From an uncultured delta proteobacterium (lineage in GTDB: Bacteria > Desulfobacterota > Binatia > Binatales > Binataceae): a stretch of 64,000 bases of DNA. A program made the translations under genes and the position numbers. A model generated the notes under the pieces. That model was not told where the DNA came from and ran no database searches. It saw only the letters and a list, made by a program, of their open reading frames with translations. Each line of letters starts with the position of its first letter. Within the stretch, counting starts at the first letter, position 1. The stretch spans positions 1,728,001 through 1,792,000 of the forward strand of contig CAVXXK010000001.1 of assembly GCA_963765675.1 (NCBI GenBank), given 5' to 3'. Below, one piece after another: positions 1-9,546 of the stretch.

Positions 1-655
1 CCGGGTGCGAATCGAGCCATCCCGCGCCGCGGCGAAGAAGCTTCTCGACCTCGTCATCGCCGACCCAGTAATGTTTGTCGTCATCGAGCACTGGAATCAG
101 AACGTAGAGATGAGTTAGCAGATCGCAGAGGCGCCGGTGCGCTCTGAGGGTTACGCTGAAATAGGGGCTCATGCCCCATTCCGGATGCGTTTCATCTAGC
201 GGAGGCTGTTTGACCTCAAGCCGATAACCGAGTGGCTCGAACAGCCGGTGCAACAAGGCTTGTCCGTCGCGGCAAGGCAGAGCAGCCAGATGCGCCTCGA
301 GGGGAAGTTCGCGTTGCGCCAGCTCGGGACGGTCTTTGCTTGTCCCCGCCATCGCTGAGCTAAAGACCCGCGCGAGCGCGACGCTCAGGAACGACGACGC
401 CGCATAAGGGCGGTCGTTTACGTACTCTTCGAGCTTGCGATCTGCACCGGACGGCCCGCTGCGCTTTCGCACGAGCCCAATCGGATCGACTTCGAGCAGC
501 AACGCGGCGGTGCACCGTTCAGAGCCGGTCTCCGGATAAAAGACGTGCGCCTTGGCGAATCCGAGGTCGGTCGATTGCGCGCGAGACGGATTCTTGTGCA
601 ACAAAAAGCCAAGATCACTGGCTGGAGAGAAACTGGCTGTTATCGTCAAAATCAT
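1..655 (-). CDS. hen1: 3'-terminal RNA ribose 2'-O-methyltransferase Hen1, N-terminal part (runs off left edge)
   Basis: Manual translation from ATG at 655: MILTITASFSPASDLGFLLHKNPSR...HVFYPE...RCTAALLLEVDPIGLVR...YVNDRPYAASSFLSVAL...LFEPLGY...LTHLYVLIPVLDDDKHYWVGDDEVEKLLRRGAGWL, matching the bacterial Hen1 N-terminal domain; open to position 1. Confidence 0.92.
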   Translation of the reverse strand, partial: MILTITASFSPASDLGFLLHKNPSRAQSTDLGFAKAHVFYPETGSERCTAALLLEVDPIGLVRKRSGPSGADRKLEEYVNDRPYAASSFLSVALARVFSSAMAGTSKDRPELAQRELPLEAHLAALPCRDGQALLHRLFEPLGYRLEVKQPPLDETHPEWGMSPYFSVTLRAHRRLCDLLTHLYVLIPVLDDDKHYWVGDDEVEKLLRRGAGWLDSHP

Positions 656-853
656 CCTGGTTTCCGATCACATGGGAGCGTAACGACCCCGATGCCAGAT
701 TGCGATAGACGATTCTCCGAGTCCATGCCTGCTGATGAATTCTCGCGGAACAGACGAGTTGGAATCAATTCGACAACCGCTGTCGTGAGGCCAAATCCGC
801 CCTCTGGTGCGTTACGCTGCGCGGTGGTTCATTTTCCAATAGGAGTTTGAGAA

Positions 854-1204
854 ATGAACGATCGATGTTCACTGTGCGGAGCTTGGTGTTCCGCGCGGGC
901 GCGGTTCTGTGGCAATTGCGGAAGTGCTCTGGTTGCATCCACACGGATCAATCCCGGGGTAGCATTTGCCCTCTCGCAGCCGGTGGGCGAGTTCTGCCAG
1001 CTTTCCTGCAGTGCGTTCTTCCGCCATCGATGGAAAGCCTACGGCGTTTTGCGCGGAGGGCTCTACTATTTCAGGGAAGAGGATCAGATATGCCCGCGAT
1101 GCGGCCGTCCGGCGGCGGGCGTAGCGGCGCAGACCGACCTTATGATTCGCGAGCAGCGCAGGTCGAACTTCTGGCTGACGTTACTCTTCCTGTTCCGCAA
1201 TTGA
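854..1204 (+). CDS. small Cys-rich zinc-ribbon hypothetical protein
   Basis: CSLC...FCGNCG double zinc ribbon, later CPRCG, hydrophobic C-terminus; AGGAG SD upstream. Confidence 0.55.
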   Translation: MNDRCSLCGAWCSARARFCGNCGSALVASTRINPGVAFALSQPVGEFCQLSCSAFFRHRWKAYGVLRGGLYYFREEDQICPRCGRPAAGVAAQTDLMIREQRRSNFWLTLLFLFRN

Positions 1205-1367
1205 GCCTGTTTTGCCGGTACGGAACACTCACTTGCGCGGCTTCGAAGCCGATAGCCGTGCTCTCGCGCGTGTTTTGCGGGTCAGATAATCTTAAACGCA
1301 GGCCGCATCAGCAGATATTGCAGGGAGAATAGCTCGGACGCGGGATCCGCGTCCGCATTGACCATCC

Positions 1368-4241
1368 GTGGCAGAGACCGACTACAAATCCACCCTCGCG
1401 CTTCCTAAAACTGACTTTCCGATGAAGGCGAACCTCGCCAAGCGCGAGCCGGAAATTCTGAAGCGCTGGGACGAGATGGATATCTATGCGCTCCTGCTCA
1501 AGACGCGCAAAGATCGGCCCGCCTGGATCCTGCACGACGGTCCTCCATACGCCAACGGCCGGGCGCATCTGGGCACCGCGCTCAATAAGATTTTGAAGGA
1601 CTTCGTCGTGCGCTCGCGCTCGATGTTGGGGAATCGGACGCCATTCGTGCCCGGATGGGACTGTCACGGGATGCCGATCGAGCACAAGGTCTCGCGCGAT
1701 CTGGGCGCGAAGGCGCGCACGATGCCGAAGCTGGAGTTGCGCAAGCGATGCCGCGCTGAGGCCGAGAAGTGGATCGACCTGCAGCGCGGCGACTACCGGC
1801 GCCTCGGATGTATCGGCGACTGGTTCAATCCGTACCTTACGATGGCGCCGGCGTACGACGCCGCCGAGATCGGCGTACTGCGCGACCTGGTCGAGCGCGG
1901 CTACGTCTATCGCGGCCTGCGCCCGGTTCATTGGTGTTTCGATTGCCGCACCGGCTTGGCGGAAGCCGAAGTTGAATACGGCGATCACAAATCGCCCGCG
2001 ATCTACGTCGCGTTTCGCGCTCAATCAAAACGCCGGTGATGCCGGCGCGCTTGCCGCCGACTAACGCGGACCGCGCGGAGCTCTCCGCCGCTCACAAAGC
2101 GGGCAACCTGTTCGCCGTCATCTGGACCACCACGCCTTGGACGCTGCCCGCCAATCTTGGGATCAGCCTCAACGAGACCTTCGATTACGTCGCGCTGAAG
2201 GTCGGCGAGAAATATTACATCGTGGCGGCGAGGCTCGCCGAAGCGGTTACCGAGGCGATCTTGAAAGAGGCCGGGCTCACGGTCGAAAAGAGTATCGTGC
2301 TCGATCGCGGCGCGATCCACGCGCTCGACGGCAAGGATATTTTCCGGCATCCGTTTCTCCCGCGCGACGTGAAGCTGATGTATGCCGAGCACGTTACCGC
2401 CGACGCCGGCACGGGGCTGGTGCATACCGCGCCGGGCCATGGCTACGAGGATTTCGTGGTCGGCGCGAAGTATGGAATCGAGCCGTTCACTCCGGTTGAC
2501 GGCGCGGGCGTGTTCACCGCCGAGGGAGGAGAGTGGGCCGGACGCAACGTGTTCGACGCGAACGACTCGATCGTCGCGCGGCTGCGCGAAACCGGCGCGC
2601 TGCTGGCGGCGCATACAATCTCACACAGCTATCCGCATTGCTGGCGATGCCACAAGCCGCTCATCTTCCGGGCGACCGAGCAGTGGTTCCTGCGGATCGA
2701 TCACGAAGGGTTGCGCGAAAAAGTCGTCGCGGCGATCGACGGCGCGACATGGGTTCCCGGATGGTCGCGCGATCGAATCCGCAACATGACCGAGACCCGT
2801 CCCGACTGGAACCTGTCACGCCAGCGAGCATGGGGCGTGCCGATTCCAGCGCTGCGCTGCTCCGGATGCGCCAACGTGATCCTCGACTCGGGCGTGATGA
2901 AAATCGCCGAGACGATCTTCATGAAAGAAAGCTCCGATGCGTGGTTCGAGCGTCCGGCCGCCGACTTCGTGCCGCCCGGACTCAAATGCCCGAAGTGCTC
3001 GGGCGCGGCGTTCAGCAAAGAAGAGGATGTGCTCGACGTCTGGTTCGATTCCGGATGCTCGCAGGCCGCCGTGCTCGCGATCCGGCCAGAGCTCACGTGG
3101 CCCGCGGACGCGTACCTGGAAGCGGTAGAGCAGGCGCGCGGATGGTTCAGCTCGTCGCTGACCTGCGCGGTCGCGCAGCGCGGCGCCGCTCCGTTTCGCG
3201 CGGTTATCAGCCACGGGCTTACGGTGGACGAGCGCGGGCGCAAGATGTCGAAGTCGCTCGGCAACACCGAGGACGCATACGAGGTCGCGAACCGGCTCGG
3301 CTCCGACGTGATCCGGCTGGTCTACGCGTCGCTCGACTACACCAGCGAAATCGCGCTCGGTCCGACGATCTTCGGCGCCGTCTCGGAGTCGTACCGCAAG
3401 ATTCGCAATACCTGTAAATATCTCCTCGGCAATCTTTCGGACTTCGATCCGGCGCGTGACGCGATCGCGCATCCGGCGATGTTCGAGTTCGACCGCTTTA
3501 TCCTCGCGCGATTGGAGCGGCTCAAGACCGAGGTGCGCCGCGCGTTCGAGAATTTCGATTTTCAGGCCGCGTATTCGGCGATGTCGAATTTTATCGTGGT
3601 CGATCTGAGCTCGCTGTATATCGACGTGGCGCGCGACCGGCTCTATTGCGACGGTAAAACCTCGGTGAGCCGGCGCTCGGCGCAGAGCGCGATGTATCAA
3701 ATCCTCGACGCGCTGGTGCGGATGCTCGCGCCGCTGATTCCGTACACCGCCGAGGAAATTTATTCGTACGTTCCCGGAAAGGCAGCCGAGAGTGTGCACC
3801 TGCTCGAGCTCCAGCCTGCTCATCCCGAATGGACTGACGCGGCGCTCGCGGCGAAATGGGATCGGCTGCTCGCGGTCCGTGACGACGCGCTCAAGCTGCT
3901 CGAAGCGATGCGCAAAGCGGGCACGATCGGCGGCCCACTCGATGCCGTGGTTAAGATTTCTTCCGACGCCGCGACTGACGCGGCTGCATTGAAGGCGTTG
4001 TTTATCGTCTCCGACGTGGCGCCGTTGGAACCCGGCGAAGCTGCCGCGCTCAAGACCGAAGCGGCAGGCACGCGACGAGGTATTTGCGCAGCGATCGGCT
4101 TCTACGCCTCGAGTCTCGCCGACCGTTGCTCTGACTGGACGGCGCGCGCCGGGCGTTAAGTGCCATCGATGCTGGTGCTATTTCGACGACGGCGGCGACC
4201 CCGAGCTGTGCCCGCGATGCCGCGCCGTGGTCAGGGCCTGA
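1368..4241 (+). CDS. ileS: isoleucine--tRNA ligase (type 1), apparent frameshifts near 2010-2060 and 4070-4150
   Basis: [46 protein letters not shown]; C-terminal Zn finger KCHRCW...LCPRC in another frame ending TGA 4241. Confidence 0.93.
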
Positions 4242-4245
4242 TCCG

Positions 4246-4837
4246 GTGAGCGAAACTTCCTCCGATTCACAGACGGCCGCGCGTTCGCGGCTTGGCGTAA
4301 TCGCGATACTGCTCGGTCTCGTGACCTTGCCGATTGTCGTACTCGATCAGGCAAGCAAGCTCTGCGTCGCCCGGAATATGGCGCTGTACGAATCGATTCC
4401 GGTCATCCCGCACTGGTTCGATATCACCTACACGCGCAACCCCGGCGCCGCGTTCAGCATGTTCGTCGCGATGGCGCCGTGGGTTCGCGGCGCGATGCTG
4501 CTCGCGACTCTCGGTCGCGGCTATCATCGTGCTGCTGGTGCTGATCGCGCGCAGCCGCCGAATCGATATCAACTCGGTCGCGTTCGCACTGATCCTGGCG
4601 GGTGCGGCCGGCAACCTGATCGATCGCGCGCTCCGCGGCCAGGTGATTGATTTTATCCGGGTGCACTATTACGACCTCAACTACCCGGTGTTCAATGTCG
4701 CCGACAGCGCGATAACGATCGGCGTTGTGCTGGTGATCCTCGCGACGATCGTAAGCTCACCCGAGCACTCCGCGGAGAGCCGTCCTACCGAACCGGCCGA
4801 GCAGCCCCGTTCTTCTCACAGCACCGCCGGGAATTGA
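4246..4837 (+). CDS. lspA: lipoprotein signal peptidase II, apparent frameshift near 4507
   Basis: LDQASK, NPGAAFS in ORF 4246; [22 protein letters not shown] in ORF 4334; follows ileS. Confidence 0.9.
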
Positions 4838-4946
4838 TCGGACGCGCCGGGTTGCCGCCGATTTGACGATTTGCCGCGCGCGGGTTTAACGTGCGATTGC
4901 GAACCCGCGCCATCGACGACCGGCGCGGGCGCGAGGAGCGCCGCCG

Positions 4947-5897
4947 ATGAAATCGATCAATACCGTCACCGGAACCGCGACCGCCGAGCAGCTCGGCACG
5001 ACGTTGATGCACGAGCATCTGATGATCGGATGGGCCGGATGGGAGCTCGATTGCGCTGCGCCCAAGTTCGAGCGCAAGGCGGCGCTCAAGACCTGCGTCG
5101 AGCGGCTGAAGGAATTGAAAGACCTGGGCGTCTCGACCTTCGTCGATCCGTGCCCGATGGACATCGGACGCGACGTGAACTTCATGGCCGAGGTCGCGTC
5201 GGCCTCTGGCATCAATATCGTCTGCGCCACCGGGCTGTACAAGGAAGACCTCGGCAGCACGCCGTATTTCAAACAGCGCACGGTCGATCAGATCGCGGAA
5301 GTTTACGTGCAGGAGATCACCAAGGGTATCGGCGGGACCGGAATCAAGGCGGGGATCATCAAGTGCGCCACCGGCAAGGGCCAGGTGACCGCATACGAAG
5401 AGAATTGTCTGCGCGCCGCGGGACGGGCGCATCTGCGCACCGGCGCTCCGATCACGACGCATACCGAAGACGGCACGATGGGGCGCGAGCAACTCGAGAT
5501 TTTCGCCTCAGAGGGCGTGGATCTCGCTCACGTGGTTATTGGCCATAGCTGCGGCTCGGCCGACTTGGGCTATCACACGGCGATGCTCGATCGCGGATGT
5601 GTTCTCGGCTTCGACCGCTTCGGCCTGGATTTCCTGCATCCCGACAAGCTCAGGCTCGCCGCGCTGATCGGACTGCTCGGCGTCGGCTATGAGAAGCAGC
5701 TCGTGCTCTCGCACGATACTGTTGCCTGCTGGCTCGGACGCGGGCTGGATCTACCGCCGGAGACTGCCAAACTGGTCGAGAACTGGAAGCCGACCCACGT
5801 GCTCAAGAATATCGTGCCCGCGCTGCGGACCGCCGGGGTCGGAGAGGAAAAGATCCGCGCGATGCTGGTGGAGAACCCGCGCCGATACTTCAGTTGA
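4947..5897 (+). CDS. phosphotriesterase-related amidohydrolase
   Basis: TLMHEHL, GIIKCAT, TTHT, IGHS, LSHD metal ligands; ENPRRYF end. Confidence 0.88.
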   Translation: MKSINTVTGTATAEQLGTTLMHEHLMIGWAGWELDCAAPKFERKAALKTCVERLKELKDLGVSTFVDPCPMDIGRDVNFMAEVASASGINIVCATGLYKEDLGSTPYFKQRTVDQIAEVYVQEITKGIGGTGIKAGIIKCATGKGQVTAYEENCLRAAGRAHLRTGAPITTHTEDGTMGREQLEIFASEGVDLAHVVIGHSCGSADLGYHTAMLDRGCVLGFDRFGLDFLHPDKLRLAALIGLLGVGYEKQLVLSHDTVACWLGRGLDLPPETAKLVENWKPTHVLKNIVPALRTAGVGEEKIRAMLVENPRRYFS

Positions 5898-5934
5898 GCA
5901 CCGGCGCGGGGCTCTTGAGCTTCGATACGCCGCG

Positions 5935-6162
5935 TTACTTGCGCGGCTCGGACATCGCTACCGGCTCGCCCGCGCCGGTTTCGGCCTTCTCGCGCCACTG
6001 GTCGATCGCCTCGACCGTGAAACGCCAGTCGCTGCCCACCCGGAAGGCGGGAAGCTGGTTTTTCTTGAGCATCCGGTAAATGGTTGACGGATGCACGCGC
6101 AGGTAGCTCGAGACCTCTTGCACGGTGAGCACCCTGCTTCTCATTACTTCAACACGATCCAT
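5935..6162 (-). CDS. excisionase-like/MerR-type helix-turn-helix protein
   Basis: LTVQEVSSYLRVHPSTIYRMLKKNQLPAFRVGSDWRF, HTH_17 pattern; GAGGTG SD. Confidence 0.85.
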   Translation of the reverse strand: MDRVEVMRSRVLTVQEVSSYLRVHPSTIYRMLKKNQLPAFRVGSDWRFTVEAIDQWREKAETGAGEPVAMSEPRK

Positions 6163-6555
6163 GACTCACCTCGGCGCCGTTTGATTTGTTCCTTGCTGTC
6201 CAGACGGAAGTAGCCGGTTAACTACAGCGCCTCTCAGGCCTTATGCCGGTCAGCAAGCCCATGACGGGATTAGCCGGGTCCCGGCAGAAACACCAGACCT
6301 GATACCAACATTAATCCACTATCCGGTGCCCGGGTAAAGACCGCATGTCGGCTTGAGAGCTGCAAAATACCGCCGTCCACAGACAAGCGTCGCGCGTCAA
6401 TGGCGCTATACGCGCTCCACCTCGTACGTTTGACGATCACCACCAGTAGGATATTCGTACATTTCGATAGCCGAGGGCAAGCATAAATCTGATCATCTAT
6501 CCACAATCGTGCGCGAGCGGGGATGATCAAATGTGAATAGAAGGGCTGATGATGC

Positions 6556-7635
6556 CTAGGCGAGAACGGCGAGAATCTCTTCGATGCCGAGTTTGCGCGT
6601 GAACGCGTGCCCGAGCCGGTCGAGCAGAACGAACTCGATCCCGCCGTCCGCGCGTTTCTTGTCCAGGCGTATCGCGCTCAGAAATGCCGCGTCGTGCTGC
6701 GTATCCGGCGGCATCGCGGTCGGAAGCCCGGTTCGCGCGATCAGGCGCACCAGGCGCGACGCCTCGTCGGCGCTAAGGCCGCCGTGCTTCTCGGAAAGCG
6801 CTGCCGCGGCGACCATCCCGATTGCGACCGCCTCTCCGTGGAGATAACGGCCATAGCCGGCGCTGGCTTCCAGAGCGTGGCCGAGGGTATGGCCGAAATT
6901 CAGAATCTTGCGCAGCCCGCCCTCGCGTTCGTCCGACGCGACGATCGCGGCTTTGTGCCTGAGCGAGCGGGCGATGACTGCCTCGAGAATCGCGGGCTCG
7001 CGCGCTGCGATCCGATCAAGGTCGCGTTCCAGGTCCGAGACCATCGCGGCGTCCATGATCGCGCCGTACTTGATCACTTCGGCAAATCCCTCGCGGTATT
7101 CACGCTCGGGCAGGGTCGCGAGCGTGGCGACGTCGGCGATGATCGCGAGCGGCTGATGGAACGCGCCGATCAGATTTTTTGCGCGTGGATGGTTGACGCC
7201 GGTTTTTCCGCCGAGCGACGAATCCACCTGGGCGACGACGGTTGTCGGCACCTGCACCACCGCGATTCCGCGCAGGTATGTCGCCGCTGCGAAGCCTGCC
7301 AGATCGCCGACCACGCCGCCGCCGAGTGCGAACACCGCGCCTGCGCGATCGATCTCCGCCGCCGTCATCCGATCGTACAGCATCGCCAGCGTCGCGAGAG
7401 ACTTGCTCGCCTCTCCCGCCGCAATCTCGATTATTTCGGGTGTGAAACCGCTCCGTTTAAGCGAATCGATCGCACGCGCTGCATAGAGCTTCGCGACGTT
7501 CGAGTCGGTCACGAGCGCGGCGCGCCCGGGCTTTAGTCCCGCACGAGTCGTGAACGCGCCCAAATCGTCGAGCAGGCCCACGCCGACGTGGACCTCGTGC
7601 GCGTTCGCGCCCAGCTCTACGCGGAAAGATTGCAT
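6556..7635 (-). CDS. aroB: 3-dehydroquinate synthase
   Basis: GGGVVGDLAGF, PTTVVAQVDSSLGGKTGVN, LNFGHTLGHALE, HGEAVAIG. Confidence 0.95.
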   Translation of the reverse strand: MQSFRVELGANAHEVHVGVGLLDDLGAFTTRAGLKPGRAALVTDSNVAKLYAARAIDSLKRSGFTPEIIEIAAGEASKSLATLAMLYDRMTAAEIDRAGAVFALGGGVVGDLAGFAAATYLRGIAVVQVPTTVVAQVDSSLGGKTGVNHPRAKNLIGAFHQPLAIIADVATLATLPEREYREGFAEVIKYGAIMDAAMVSDLERDLDRIAAREPAILEAVIARSLRHKAAIVASDEREGGLRKILNFGHTLGHALEASAGYGRYLHGEAVAIGMVAAAALSEKHGGLSADEASRLVRLIARTGLPTAMPPDTQHDAAFLSAIRLDKKRADGGIEFVLLDRLGHAFTRKLGIEEILAVLA

Positions 7636-8204
7636 CGCAGTCTTCCATGTTTGACGTAGACGTCGATCACGCGCTCGACGGTGGCTTCGATCGCGAGGTC
7701 CGAGGTGTCGATGGTCGCGTCGGCGCGCGCGTATGCGCCCGCCCGCTCGGCCATCAGTTCGGTGATTCGTTCGAGCAGCGGCTTGCCGCCTTCGAGCAGT
7801 TTGGGCCGCCGCGCCGCGGTCCGCCTGACCCGGCGCGCGATCACTTCGGGCCGTGCGCTCAGGCAGATCACTACTCCGGCGGCGTGCAGCTCAGCGAAGT
7901 TCGCTTCATCGACGATCGCGCCGCCCCCCGTGGCAATGACTGCCGGGCGGCGCCGGCCGCACAGCGCGCAGCAGATCCGATCGCGCGCTAGCGCCGCGAT
8001 AGCCTCGCGCTCGAGCGCGCGCATCCGTGCCTCGCCCTCGTCGGCGAAGATCGCGGCGACCGTCTTGCCCGCGCGCGCGGCGACCGTCGCGTCGGTGTCT
8101 TCGAAGCGCCAGCCGAGCCGGCGCGCGACGATCGGACCGATCACGCTTTTACCAGTCGCCATGAAGCCGGTCAGGATCAGTTTCGGCGCCATCTCGTATG
8201 CCAT
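7617..8204 (-). CDS. aroK: shikimate kinase
   Basis: LTGFMATGKS Walker A, VIATGGG, RP.L; between aroC and aroB. Confidence 0.9.
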   Translation of the reverse strand: MAYEMAPKLILTGFMATGKSVIGPIVARRLGWRFEDTDATVAARAGKTVAAIFADEGEARMRALEREAIAALARDRICCALCGRRRPAVIATGGGAIVDEANFAELHAAGVVICLSARPEVIARRVRRTAARRPKLLEGGKPLLERITELMAERAGAYARADATIDTSDLAIEATVERVIDVYVKHGRLRCNLSA

Positions 8205-8222
8205 CGCTGGGCGTCCGCGCGG

Positions 8223-9390
8223 TCAGTAACTGCGCACCTGCTCGAGGTAGCCATCCCAGTTGCGCGTGATCTCCACCAGCGAGTCGCCGCCGAATTTCTC
8301 CAGGAATGCGGCTGCGAGCTCGAAGGCAACCACCGCTTCGGCGATCACCGCGGCCGCGGGAATCGCGCATACGTCGGAGCGCTCGATCGTGCCGACCGCT
8401 TCGGCCTTGGTCCTCGTATCGACCGACTTGAGCGGTCGCATCAGGGTGGAAAGCGGCTTGAACGCGACCCGCACCGTCAGCGGCTCTCCGGTCGACATGC
8501 CGCCTTCCGTGCCGCCCGAATTGTTCGAGTCGCGCGTGAAGCGGCGCGCGCTCGCGTCGTAGCCGATCTCGTCGTGCAGGCCCGAGCCTCGTATGCGGCC
8601 GACCTGAAAGCCCGCGCCGAATTCGACGCCTTTTGCGGCCTGCAGGCTAAGGAGCGCGTGCGCTAGGCGCCCGTCGAGCTTGCGATCCCATTGCACGTGG
8701 CTGCCCAGCCCGACGGGAAGTCCGGTTGCGACCACCTCGACGACGCCGCCGAGTGTGTCGCCGGTTTTCTTGCACGCGTCGATCTCTTCGATGATCGCGC
8801 GCTCGGCGGCAGGATCGGTGACCCGCACCTGAGATTCTTCCGTGATGCGCCGCAGCTCGGCACAACTGAGATCGCGTCGGCGTCTTCGCCTCGGTCGCGC
8901 CGATACTCACGACGTACCCGAGCACGTCGATTCCGAACGGCCGCAGGAGCTCCATCGCAAGCGCGCCAATCGCAACCCGCGCAGTAGTCTCGCGAGCCGA
9001 GGCGCGCTCGAGCACGTCGCGAATATCGTCAAGGTTGTATTTGAGCACGCCCGCAAGATCGGCGTGGCCCGGCCGCGGCCGCGTGATCACCTTGGCCTCG
9101 CCCGCGTCGGCCGGATCGGCGGACATCCGTTTTTCCCAGTTCTTGAAATCGCGATTCGCGATGATGAACGTCACCGGGCTGCCCATCGTGCGCCCGAAGC
9201 GGATTCCCGAGACCGGACGAACCTCGTCCTTTTCAATCAGCATCCTGCCGCCGCGGCCGTAGCCTTTCTGGCGGCGCGCGAGCTGATGGTTGACGCGCGC
9301 GAGGTCGATTTCGAAGCCGGCGGGGACGCCCTCGACCACCGCGACGAGTTCGGGGCCGTGCGATTCACCGGCGGTGAGAAAACGGAGCAT
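8223..9390 (-). CDS. aroC: chorismate synthase, apparent frameshift near 8875
   Basis: MLRFLTAGESHG, RPGHADL, ERASARET in ORF 8647-9390; GGTEGGMSTG, ERSDVCA in ORF 8223-8828. Confidence 0.93.
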
Positions 9391-9546
9391 CGATTAAATT
9401 CCCCTCCCGGCCGCGTAGCTGCTTCACCGGGGCATCACGATTCAACCATTCCGGACGATGGCTTGGAAGCAGGTGCGCGGCGGTTGCTCGCGCGCGATTC
9501 GGGAGTAGATTGCACTCGGCACCGCGCCTTGAGCGGACCCCCTTTG

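Noticed and set aside
2000-2060. Programmed frameshift or naturally split ileS
   Set aside because: No consistent slippery site, and similar single-base breaks occur in many unrelated genes, pointing to sequencing error.
8842-9546. 235-aa N-terminal extension of PriA in the ORF track
   Set aside because: Overlaps aroC on the opposite strand; recognisable PriA starts at ATG 9547.
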